A stretch of DNA of 63,027 nucleotides, counting the filler, from Diploschistes diacapsis (lineage: Eukaryota), in the NCBI GenBank assembly GCA_023645945.1. It is 19 parts of 19 records of this genome, joined end to end, with 100 filler letters (N's around TTAATTAATTAA, not from the genome) between each part and the next. Parts side by side here need not be neighbours in the genome. Positions count along the whole stretch, not along the records: positions 24,267 to 25,497 come from JALAIB010003539.1; positions 25,598 to 45,753 come from JALAIB010000354.1; 17 more parts are not named here. The stretch is one strand, 5' to 3'. How positions within the stretch are numbered: position 1 is the stretch's first letter; each line of letters opens with the position of its first letter. Shown here one piece after another: positions 24,811 to 36,454 of this stretch. The position numbers and the translations under genes were made by a program. The notes under the pieces are model-generated. The model did no database searches. It was not told where the DNA came from and saw only the letters and a list, made by a program, of their open reading frames with translations.

Positions 24811-26020
24811 CGTAGCATACCGATACGCGGACGCGAAATAAAAAGACAATTAATCCGTATAAGAATTCGTGTATTATTTAAAGGATATTAAAGAGCAGAT
24901 CGAGCCCTATATGAAAACGCAACGACGTTAATATTTCATCTCGAAATTACGGGAGTCTTTTTAAAAATTTTATAATAAACCTAGATTTTATTATTTCGTT
25001 ATAACGATTTAATCGTTTTTATAATAAAGCTAAAAGAGATCGGAAAGGGCCCGCATAGGTTCCGAAAAGATAAATCTTATAAAATATCTTCTTTTTTGTC
25101 TTATCGAAAAAAGAATTTAAGAAAAGAAACGAGAAACGCCCGAAAAGATTCCGTTAAAACTTCGATTTATAACCGCAGATGATCCGAAGGAAGATAAAAA
25201 GAACCTAACAGGTTAAAATGATTTATAACGGTGGTTTTTTTAAATAAAATAGGGGAAAACATATTACCCCGAATTACCTCGATTTAATTACGGGTAACGG
25301 GATATTTACTACCGACGTGAACAAAATCAATATTCTAAATCTATGAAAATTAAAAAACTTTAAAAGTCGTCGATATTTCTTATACCGGTAAACCGTTTAT
25401 CTTTAAAGGTTAAGCTTAATATAGTTAATTATTTACGCTAAATTTCGAGAAATTAAAAAAACCCGTTTTTTAATAATTAACCTCGATATTAAAATAGNNN
25501 NNNNNNNNNNNNNNNNNNNNNNNNNNNNNNNNNNNNNNNNNTTAATTAATTAANNNNNNNNNNNNNNNNNNNNNNNNNNNNNNNNNNNNNNNNNNNNGCA
25601 TTTGGGGGACTTATTTTTTTTTTTTTGCGGGTGGAAAGATAGGAGGGTTCTTGTGAGTGTAGGGTGGAATGAGTGGGGGGAAACGAAGGGAGCGGAGGGG
25701 AGGCACTTGGGGCGCTGGAAATGAGCTCTTTGTTATACTTTGAACGTGGAGGCAAAAGCGCACGATCGCGCTGCGAGACGTGTATGCGGAGGGCTTCACC
25801 GTCTGCTGGTTGATTGTGAAGTATCAATATCTCCAAAAAGCCCTTGCCTGAAGTTCTTCTGGACCATTTCATTACCGAGATTATTCTAGCGCTCTACATG
25901 CTAAGAAAAAATAAAGATACCAACGCCGTGTGATCCATGGAGCCGAATAATATTCAAAACCATATCATGCCATAAAACGCTCATCCCCACAAATGCACAA
26001 GAACCCAGCACCCCCCCTCT

Positions 26021-26952
26021 CTAAAACGCAAAATACGCAACACCGCCCAACGCCGTAGCCCCCACGCCGAACCACCACCACCTATCCGGATTCAGCAGCC
26101 CGCTCCGCTTACCAAGCAGCGCCTTCGTGCCCGCCGGTATCTCGAACGCCGCCGGCTCGCTGCGCTTGCGCTTCGAGGACGCGGTCGACGAGGCCTGGCC
26201 CGCGCTGGTCGAGGACGCGGTCGGGTTGAGGGTCACGGTGGGTAGCATCTGCGGCGTCGGGCTGTACTCGAGGTACATTGGATTCATGGGCGAGCTGTCG
26301 AACTTGTAGAGGTTGAGGCGCTGCACGCCGTGGTAGGTGTCCAGGCCGACTTCGAAGCTCTGTTGGGGTATGGTTAGTTGTTTTTTTCTTCCCTTACTTG
26401 TTTTGGCTGGAGCAATGGGTGCGGGTTAAGAAGGACCGACCTGGAAGATTTCGGGCTGGTTGTAGCGCGTGTAGACGGACTGGTCGTAGCTGCACGGGTC
26501 GGAGAGCTGCTGCCGCCCGTCGACCGCGATGGGGGTGAGGACGAGGGAGTTGTTTGGGAGCATCTGGAAGTTGCCGTGCTGCCATTGTATCATCGCTTGC
26601 GGGCAGCTTGGTTTCGTCGCTGGGACGGGGATTAGCACTTTGGATAAGGCTGGCACTCTATGTGGGTGGAGTGCTCACGGTTGGGAATCGCCCTGTAGTA
26701 TGCCTCCTCGTACCATCCGTCCTGGGTGAAGGAGTAGGAGATGCCCGGCAGGTTTGGTTCGGTGAACTTGTCATTGACGGGGTCGTAGAAGCCTGGGCCT
26801 GTAATAACTTGCTTCGAACTCGTCGTCCATGTTCCGACGAGTTGTTGGCTGATTGCCGCTGTGGACTGAGCACCGGTCGCGGCTTCGGAGGGAGTAGCTT
26901 GCGCAGAGACGTAGGGTAACAGGAGGATGCTGCCGGCAAGAACGGCCTTCAT
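26021..26952 (-). CDS. ROT1: ER chaperone Rot1 (spliced)
   Basis: Signal peptide, [91 protein letters not shown], and C-terminal [15 protein letters not shown]. Confidence 0.92.
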
Positions 26953-27532
26953 CTTGGATTGTGTCGGACAGAGTGTAAAGTTGCTCGGGATGCTATTCCA
27001 GCCAAACTGAATTATCGCAGGAGGCTGTTCCGGAGGGCAGGGTTACCGGGTAGGGAATTGGTGGTTGGTAGGTGGGAAAACCTAAATTTAGGTTGGGTGT
27101 GGGCCGACTACTGCTCGGTATGGTTTACCTGGCCTTCATCCATCCATATAACTCTACCATCAACTTCCATCCTTCTCTCTTGTTCTATACTCAGAGCATG
27201 CAAATCGTGTGATGAACGGCACCCACAACCTGCCAGATGAGGGCGGACAACGAAGGTAGTGTATATGTACTCTGCTTGTGATGAACAATATATCCTTACT
27301 TCCGCCGTCCTCTTGTCGCTTCTACAAGTTCTCGTTGCATCATTCTGACCTCCTTTATCTCTCTGATTCAGGAAGAAGGCGCCGTACCCTTGTCGTCCAA
27401 TTAGAACTGCTGGAGCGAACTCCGGCTTCTAGGGACTGGAGCACAGCACGCACTTTTTTTCCAAACACTTCTTTTCTTTTCTTTTCTTCTCTTCTCTTTT
27501 CTTTTCCTTTCTATATCTCAACTTTTCACATT

Positions 27533-30042
27533 ATGGATGAAAGCTACAGGCCACTGCGTCCAGCCTCCGAGAAACCTCCGAAAGACGAGCAGGCTTGGGG
27601 GAGGGAGCCCAAAGCCACGAAAAGACGCATCATTGCTACGCGTGTGGCATGTAACGCTTGCCGCATCAGAAAGTCGGCCGTACGTCAGGGCATATGTCGT
27701 GCTCGCTCCTTCTAATTCACTGCCGAGCACTGACTGAGGCTGGACACAGTGTGATGGCGTTCGTCCCTCTTGCAGTTCCTGTTCGAAGCGGAGTATCGAA
27801 TGCGTCTATATCACTCATGACGAAAATGAGACTGCTTCCATGGCTCTGAAACGTGAGAACGAAAGCCTGAAGAATCTGCATGCTAAGTATCAGGAGCTGT
27901 TCGATTATTTGAGGTGTATGCCGGAAGATGCTGCCCAAGCGACGCTTCGTCGTTTGAGGTTAACGGCTGAACCGGGTAACTTGCTCAGTCAAATAGACGG
28001 GGAGAGCTTGCGTCCAATTTTTGAGCAGACCCTGCCTCCCAGAATCCCTCCAATAACCAAACCAAACCTCGAGTTTGAGCTGATGACGAACCATCCACAA
28101 GCCTACCCTGCATTGGACACATCTGACGACGCCACTTCGTCGGGGAATCCTCTGGCCAGACCGTTGAAAAGGCGACTTCTGGAAGAAAATGTGATTGCGG
28201 GAGCTAGCATGGATCCAAATGATCATATGCGACAGGCTGCCCACATTGACGCGAATCCCGCCAACAAGCTTTCAGAGGATATGACTGTATTGAACGACGT
28301 CGCGATAAGTAGCCTGCAGTTCGACTTTGCTTCTCCTTATCCACGGTCAGAAAGTGCACCAAATCAGCGAACCGGTTTTTACGGTCCAGCAGCACCGCCC
28401 CAGTACTGTGATCGGAGGCTCGCCCGAGTAGATGTTCGCTACTGGACTGCAGTGGCAGTTCCGAAAGACCTTGCTTTGCGGGCTCTATCATTATATCTGC
28501 AAACGGATCATCCTCTCTTGGGCCTATTCGACGCGGATCTTTTTATTGACGATCTAGTCTCCAAACAGCTGAGATACTGTTCACCCTTTTTGGTCTCAAG
28601 TCTCTTGTCGTGGGCATGCGTATGTTATCCGCTCTCTTTCCTCTACCACGGTAGTCACCTGATAGACTTCTCTAGCAAATGTTTATTGTCATTGACCGTA
28701 AAGCCGACGAGCCAAGTCTTGCCCTCTTGGAAGAGGCCGAGAAACTATGGCGGGCAAACAGAAAAGCCGACAGTTTGACTGCTGTTTCTGCCCTCCATTT
28801 CATGGGCATAGCCTCCATATGCAGGGCAAAGACGGACATAGGCATACAGTATCTTCAGGAAGGGCGCCGCATGGCTACTAGAATGGAACTGTTCGATGTT
28901 TCTCGATCAAACACGGAAAGCAGTAGTATGAGGGGACCGGATGATTGGCACAGAGCAGCGTCTCATGTTGCTTGGGGCGTTTTCAACTTTCATACGTAAG
29001 ACTCTCATTGAAACGATGCCACCAATCCCGTGAATCGTTGACTTTCCTTCGAAGTCTGATATCTACCCACTACTTGAGCGGAGCGACCGAATCTCCTCCC
29101 AATTTCCCAGTTCCGGGCGCCCCAGGAGAGGCAAACGAGAACATGGCGTCCCTTCCCCAACCGCTTCCGGTATATATGGGCAGGACGTTCACGAATCTCT
29201 GTCATTTCTTCACAATCATATCCGAGATCATGGTTCTCTACTGTACGAAGGCTACGACCCCGTTGCAGACCCGGGTATCTTTGGCATTTGCCCATGAGAA
29301 GTACCAGAAACTCCTGACCTGGGCAGATGGGTTACCAGCCGAAATGTCTCGCTCGGAACACAGTCCATCACATGTCATTGTTTTTCAGTAGGTTGTTTTC
29401 CTCGCAGATTCTCGGCTGACTCTTCGAAGCATCTGGTTCCACGCGGCAATTCTAGATATCTTCCGGCCATTTCTCCCTCACAAAAGGCCGCGAACCAGCC
29501 AACGGAACACTCTCTCCCCAAGTCCGCCCGAATCAATCTTTTTTGCGTCTGTCAACCAGCTCAAGCGTCTAATCTTACTCCGCCAGGCCCGGTACAAATT
29601 AGCGCCGTATTGCATTTTCTGGAATACGGCACTACTGTACGTTGCCAACGCGGTACTAAAAGAGCAAGACGGGCCCCAGCGGCGGTCCTACTTTCTTCTT
29701 TGCATACGCGCTTACCAAAGTCTCTATCCGGCGTTCCGCTATGTAGAAGGGATCGCTCAAGGTCTGCTTGCCATGGCCATGCGCGAGCGTGTCCTAAAAA
29801 GTGCTGAAGCACAGGCCTTACTTCAAGAGCTACGAGCAAAGGGCCCACACCACAGACAAGACGAGCGTATGCGAATCAACTTCGTGATTGACCAAGAGCT
29901 TGCCATGACGGACAAGGAGGAGGCACAGGCCGACAGGCTAGCGGATCGGTTCGAAGAGATGGTCCTTTTCGACGACCTGATCGTAAAGGACTTTGCCACC
30001 CCAAGTACTCTACAAGGATCTGACTCTCAAGAAAGCCAATGA
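27533..30042 (+). CDS. Zn(II)2Cys6 fungal transcription factor with fungal TF middle homology region (spliced)
   Basis: ACNACRIRKSA-[intron]-CDGVRPSCSSCSKRSIECVY, then YWTAV..LSLYLQTDHP..FDADLFIDDL..CSPFLVSSLL, AWGVFNF, HIWFHAAILDIFRPF. Four predicted introns. Confidence 0.88.
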
Positions 30043-30471
30043 TGGGGTCAGCGTTGAGCTAGTCTCGAAATGACCCAACGAGGTTCTTTATCAAAGACAA
30101 TCTACGTTGTGCATTCGGGCATGGAGGGCAAAAGCAAGCGGATAGCGCATGAAGCATGATAAACGGCCCTAATTCAGTCACGCTGTCGTTGCAATATGAA
30201 GGTATTAGACTATGAGGAATTTTCGTTGTTGCACTTTCTGATCCTTGTTATAGATAGCGAAGTATTTATGTGCGCTTTCTTCATGCCTAGAATCTAGCTT
30301 GTTCGAGAAAAAGCGTGCTCATATAGCTGATTAACCCCGTTATATTATCATATTATGGCGTAACTCCCTTGGGTGCGGCTTGACACACACTCGCAGGCCT
30401 TTGAAATAGTCTTGAGTATCTGAAACTCAGAAGCACTTGCGCCCACATACATCTTTTTTGCAAGTGAGGTA

Positions 30472-31291
30472 ATGGCGGCATTGAAATCAGTAAAGGCAGA
30501 GCTACGGAGAGCTATCCAGAGCTCCTTAAGTACACTGTCTACCGAAGAAATCGCCACACAATGTCAGTAATATCTGGTATCGCCACTACTTGTTGATTTG
30601 GGGAAGCTGAGTTCCTCTTTTCCTCAGCTTCCAAGATTCATGAGGTTCTGTTTTCTCTACCCGAGTATCAGTCCGCGAGGACCTTGGGCGTCTACCTTTC
30701 CATGCCAAACGGAGAGGTGTCTACCAGGCCGGTCGTGCTTCGGTCGCTGGATCAGGGGAAGACCGTTTTCGTACCATATCTCTACCAAAATTCTACGGGA
30801 CAGCAGCCGCGTATGCTTATGGACATGGTAGCGCTGCATTCGAGGGAGGACTATGAGGCTCTACTGCCGGATAGTTGGGGGATCCCTTCTTTGCCCAAGG
30901 ACTCGATACCCAATAGGATCCGATGCTTGGGCGATGTTACAGAGGCAAATGCGAGGACTGATGAAGAAGATTTCAATAGCTTGGACCTGGTGGTGATGCC
31001 AGGAGTGGCCTTTGATAATGAATGCCAAAGGCTTGGGCACGGTAAAGGTTTCTATGATTTCTTCCTGGCGAGATATCACAAACGTATAGGAGCCCCGAAA
31101 GGACAAATGCCTTTCCTTGGTAAGCAGCACCGACATAACAAAGATAGAGCTGAGCCCTTTCCACAGTCGGTCTTGGACTTCAACAACAAGTTCTGGGCCC
31201 CGACCAAGAAGTCCCGGCGGATTCGACAGACGTGCCGCTCGATGCGCTCATTGCTGGCGATGGCTCGATTCATAGATCACGAATACCATAG
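30472..31291 (+). CDS. FAU1: 5-formyltetrahydrofolate cyclo-ligase (MTHFS), spliced
   Basis: KAELRR..LPEYQSA..GVYLSMPNGEVST, WGIP, LDLVVMPGVAFD..RLGHGKGFYDFFL, VGLGL..DVPLDALI. Introns at about 30563-30627 and 31119-31166. Confidence 0.9.
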
Positions 31292-31430
31292 ACCGCAAAC
31301 TTCGTCAACACATAGCACGGGGTATCTGTCTAGGCTATTTGCGACTGCCCCAGTGACGAGTTACACCAGGTCCCTACACGCGCGAAATGTTCTGCAGCGT
31401 TGGGCAGCATGTCGTCCTCCCTTCCACAAG

Positions 31431-31818
31431 CTATTGCAAAGCCTGAATCAGTGAGACATTGTCGCCTTTGAGTAGTATTTGGCCTGAGCATGGTCAGTAT
31501 CTGGTTGAGCAGCCTAGCATATGCCTTCCGCATGTGCCTACCTAATGACCGCCTCTTTTCTTCCTCGGACTTTGTAGCCTGTCTGACCTCCACTGCGTCG
31601 TCGATGACCAGATTCATGAACTCATCGAAGCCCTGATATGATCAGTATGAGAATATTGGGTGTGTAATGGTTGTACAAACGCGAATCTTGCCCTCTATTC
31701 GAATAGCCAGCTGCTCATAGAGCCATATCGACACAGTCGAGTGCTGTTGAAGGAGCTTGAAGATAAAGTTGATTGGAGGGAGCAGGACCTTGCCTCTGCC
31801 ACCACCTCTTCCTGTCAT
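31431..31818 (-). CDS. SME1: snRNP core protein SmE (spliced; missed by the ORF track)
   Basis: MTGRGGGRGKVLLPPINFIFKLLQQHSTVSIWLYEQLAIRIEGKIR-GFDEFMNLVIDDAVEV..RRSLG-QILLKGDNVSLIQALQ stop. Two introns. Confidence 0.93.
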
Positions 31819-32194
31819 GCTAACTGAAGTGTAGAAAGAGGGTAGCTTGGCTTGGGTTCAACAATAATTTGTGACTTTGTTATGATCTGTCACTGTGGTC
31901 TAAGGATTTTGTTTCGGGTAACAGAAAAGAGCTTGTGCCGCTCAAAGAAGCTTGCGGGAGTCGTCAGTTTTCTCCGTGCCCGCCACTCTTCACTTCGTTG
32001 AAACTTCAAACAAACTACGCTGCATCAACCTTTTAAAACAGAGACGTGATTCAGTTCTTCAGGCTAAGACCATCCTGTCAGAACTTATCAGACGTGTTCT
32101 ATTTAATGTCCCGCACCTATTCAATATCGTCCGCTCTGATGACCTGAATAAGCCCCTCTATTGGTGATTGCTGAATGCAACCATAGCCGCCAAT

Positions 32195-35100
32195 ATGGTG
32201 GGCATCGACAACTTCGGGCCAGTGCTGGCAGCTCTGTCTGTCATGCAGAGCAACGTGGAGCACAACCAGAAAGACTCAGCCCACAAATACCTAGAAAACT
32301 TCCAGAAATCGGTGAGAAACCCTGCTATGTATATGCGAACAGGGAGCTAATCGTTCATATTAGAGAGATGCATGGACGGCGACGGTAGCTATATTGTCTG
32401 GCTCGGATCAACCAACGGAGGCACGACTTTTCGCAGCTACAACGCTGAAGGGCAAGGTCTGCTTATGCGATCATGTGTATCGAGCTACGTTGACAGGTGA
32501 ACTAGATAATATACGATCTCGACCAACTACCCCGAGATCAGCTACCTGGCTTGCGAGATTCTCTACTCAACCTTCTATCAACCTATGCCAACGGACCCAA
32601 GCCGATACGGACACAGTTATGTGTCTGTCTTGCGAACCTCGCAATCCAGATGATCGAGTGGAAGAACGTCGTCGAATTAGTGGGATCATCCCTCGGCAGC
32701 AGCGCCGGAGACTGCGTTCTCGACTTCCTAAGAGTGCTGCCTGAGGAGGTGACTGAAGGGCGCAAAATCAACTTGAGTGTACGTGGGATCGCAACACCGC
32801 AACCCTTGGATATGCGTTTGGGACATCATGCACCCAGATACATCAGTGTCTAATCATTCATCCCATAATAGGAAGAGGACCTCGTGATGAGGACTAAGGA
32901 ACTCTTGGAAGATAACTCTGGCCGTGTTCTCCAGCTCCTTATAAATTATACTAAATCTTCAGGTAGTGTCTCCGGATATTGCTGTATAGTTAGTCTAACT
33001 TTGAATAGTTACCGCTGCCCAAAATCCTCACCTCCTGGACTGCGTCTCTTCATGGACTCATGAAATTCCAGCGGCCGACATCGTCAAATCTCCGTTGCTG
33101 GACGCAATTACAAATGGTCTATCTGTGGATTCTTCGTTTGACGCCGCGGTAGAATGCATGACAACCCTCTACCGAGAAACGAAGGATGTCGATGAGTCAA
33201 TAGATGTAATTCAGGTTCTATATCCAAGAGTCCTCGAACTCCAGCCGCTCATCAGGCAGGTAGCATCAGAGGATGATGCAGAAAAGTTCAAGAGCTTGAC
33301 ACGACTGTTCTCTGAGGCGGGCGAGGCTTGGGTCGTTCTTATAACCAGAATGCCAAACGACTTCCGACACCTTGTGGAAGCAATATTGGAATGTTGTGCT
33401 CTCGATACTGATCGAGAAGCAATATCCGCAACCTTCTACTTCTGGTCGGACCTCAAGCAAATGATAACGGTCGAAAAGTACGCCGAAGCACGCTCTAAAT
33501 ATGTCGACTTGTTTGCTCAGCTCGTTGATGTGATGATCAAGCATCTCGAGTTTCCTACAGCCAGCGGCCCGAACGAGCTTGATTTGTTTGATGGAGATCG
33601 CCAACAAGAAGAGAACTTCCGGGAATTCCGTCACAAGATGGGCGATGTTCTTAAGGACTGCTGCGAAGTTATTTCTGTGACGCAATGCTTGAACAAGACT
33701 TTTGACATTATCAATACTTGGATTGCAACTTACGCATCTCAAGCGACAGATACAAGTGTACCGCATTGGCAGAAGCTTGAGGCTCCTCTGTTCGCTATAC
33801 GTGGGATGGGCAGGATGGTTCCAAGCGACGAGAGCTCGGTATTACATCTACTGATACCGCTGATCGTACAGATCCCAGACCACCAAAAGCTACGCTTCCA
33901 AGCTATTATGGCTCTTGGAAGGTACACGGAATGGACTGCTCTACATCCAGAATACCTCCAACCACAACTCCAGTTCGTTGTATCTGCCTTCAATCATGAA
34001 TCTTCCGAAGTTCGGGAAGCAGCAGCCTTAGCATTCCGCTTCTTCGGATCGGATTGCCAACAGCTACTACAGACCGAAATCCGGGGCCTACATAGCTTCT
34101 ATGATGCAGTCCTAGACAAATTGCCTCCATACAGTCAGGAGGAACTAACCGAGGGCGCATCATGCGTGATTGCCGTTCAGCCAAAAGAGGACATATATTC
34201 TTCGTTGAAACTCTACTGCGATCCTATTGTCGAGCGCCTCAAGCATAGAGCTTCGAAAGCTCAGGCAGATCCTGGCAACAAGACGCTACAGATTCAAGTA
34301 GCTGGTGAGATCCCCCCCCGATCCCGTGTTGGTATTGAGGACTAATTTGTTAATCTCTGCTTCATAGAAACTGTAAGACTCTTGATAATCTTCATATCGA
34401 ATGTCAACCCACACTACGACTCTTCCGAAACCAACCAAGCTGTCGCATATTGTCAAGAGTTTCTTCCTATTCTATCGCAAGTCGTTTCTGTTTTCCCAAC
34501 TGCTTTACCAGTCTTGGAGTCCATAGGCCGCTGTTGGCGATCTATGGTAGTTTCTTATCGCACTGGCGTTTTACCATTGCTACCTGAGCTAGCACGGCAG
34601 CTAGCCGATGGTTTCGAAAAGACACGACAAGGATGCTTCCTTTGGGCGACCGGGGCGGTCCTGCGCGAGTTTGCAGCCGACAACGAGCAGGTCGACGCTC
34701 CGACTGCACAGGCTGTGTATGAGTTCTTCGAGCAGCAAGCCTTCGCTTTCCTCAAAATCATGGACCAACTTCCCCCACAAGAACTCCCGGACGGTAAGTC
34801 ATACAACCACCCCGTTCCGTTCATGCCCTTGCTAATGCCAGACAGTGATTGAAGATTTCTTCCACCTCACCGAAGACGCTCTTATCTACACCCACGACCA
34901 GTTCGTCCCATCCGCCATCATGACGCCAATCTTCACCGCCGCCCTCTCCGCCCTCGTACTAGAGCAGGAACACCCCCTCACTCGTACCCTGCGCTACCTT
35001 GGGGACCTCCTCTCCTACGGCACAGACCATCCGCACTCGTCTTCCTTCGGCGCCGAGTCTGCCGCTGCAGCGGCCAAGAACAAGGCAGCTATCAAATCCC

Positions 35101-35453
35101 TCGTCTCTGCCCAGGGTGAAGCCTTGGTTCAGCGAGTGCTGACAGGCATGATGTTCACGTTTCCCCGCGACACCCTGCAAGATGCATCGAGCGTCTTGCT
35201 CTTGCTCTTCGAGCTGGCCCCTGAGCAAACGGCGGGCTGGATCCAGCAGACGCTCGACATGCTTCCCCCAGGAAGTATCAAGCCGGGAGAGGGCGAGAAG
35301 CTGATCGTGGCGGTAAGGGAGCGCATACAGACAGATCAGACGCACAAGATTCGGGCGCTGATCAGGGACTTTACTACGAGCTATCGCCGACGCCATGTGG
35401 CGCCCAGGGAGGGACTGGGTAGGTTGGTCGGCGGTCGGGAGCAGAAGGTTTAG
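32195..35453 (+). CDS. MTR10: Importin-beta family transportin-SR/Mtr10 (multi-exon)
   Basis: PVLAAL..AHKYLENFQKS, EARLFAATTLKGK, GPKPIRTQLCVCLANLAIQM, FLRVLPEEVTEGRKINL, DLFDGDR..FREFRHKMGDVLKDCC, WQKLEAPLF, SYRRRHVAPREGLG. Confidence 0.92.
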
Positions 35454-36454
35454 GATCGGATCTTGATGCAGGAGTTAGCTGCTTGCAAGAATGGAAATAA
35501 CGATGAAGATGTGATGAGAGCGCATTGTTGAATGTTGTGCTAGAGCAATGGTTATGTTATTGATTCTTGTGGGATCTGAAAGCTTTTACCCCACCAGCCC
35601 GATGATATTCCTTATGCGCCGTAGAAGGTTGTACCTCTTGGGTATGCTAGACTAACTACATCCCCCATGATGTCCTACGGCAAGGAGTCAACACACAAGC
35701 CAAGCTCGAATGCTTCATGCCTGATTTCGTCCGTCATCTGTCCGTGTACATTACCTGTAGTAGTTGATGAGAGGGGTAAAGGGGCAGCAGCGCCAGGAGC
35801 ATAAGAAATGAGTAGTGCAGCTAGGTCCCTGCTCAACAGATAGTATCTTTTACAGCTGTGTTCACGCATGCGTGCATGCATACATACGGCACCAGGTTTT
35901 GCAGCTTCATTGTCATGTCATTTCAAACCCATTCCCATTCGGGTCCCAGCTACTACCTCCACCTCTTCCTCAAAAGTAAAGCGTATCGTAGTAGTAGCTT
36001 AGTAGCCCATCTAATCGATCCCTTTCCTGTTTTCCTGCTACCACTGTATCTCTGCTGCTCATGCCCGGCCCCCTCCGGCAAAGCTAGCTACATAGCCAGT
36101 GCATATCGCACTATGTGTCTGTCTCTTTGTCTGTTTGTCCCATCATGTTCGATGCCGTGGATGGGGGGGAATAAACTTATGTACATGAAGTCGTGGACAT
36201 AGGAAAATAGAATGATGGAGTGGGGTATGCCTGCCTCCCGATTCTCTGTGTGTCACGTTCGTGGGTGAATGGAGGAGCGGCTGCGTAAAGTTCAAGGTGC
36301 TCGGCTAAGTTCGGGTCTATAGCTGCTCGCAATGGTCGTCAAGGTCATTAAAAACAAATCGGAAACGAACTAAGTCGCAAAGTATGCGCGCAGGCCTGCC
36401 ATGCGTGATGCACGCCTAACCAACGCCAACGCTGGAAGTCAAGACCGTCTTTTA

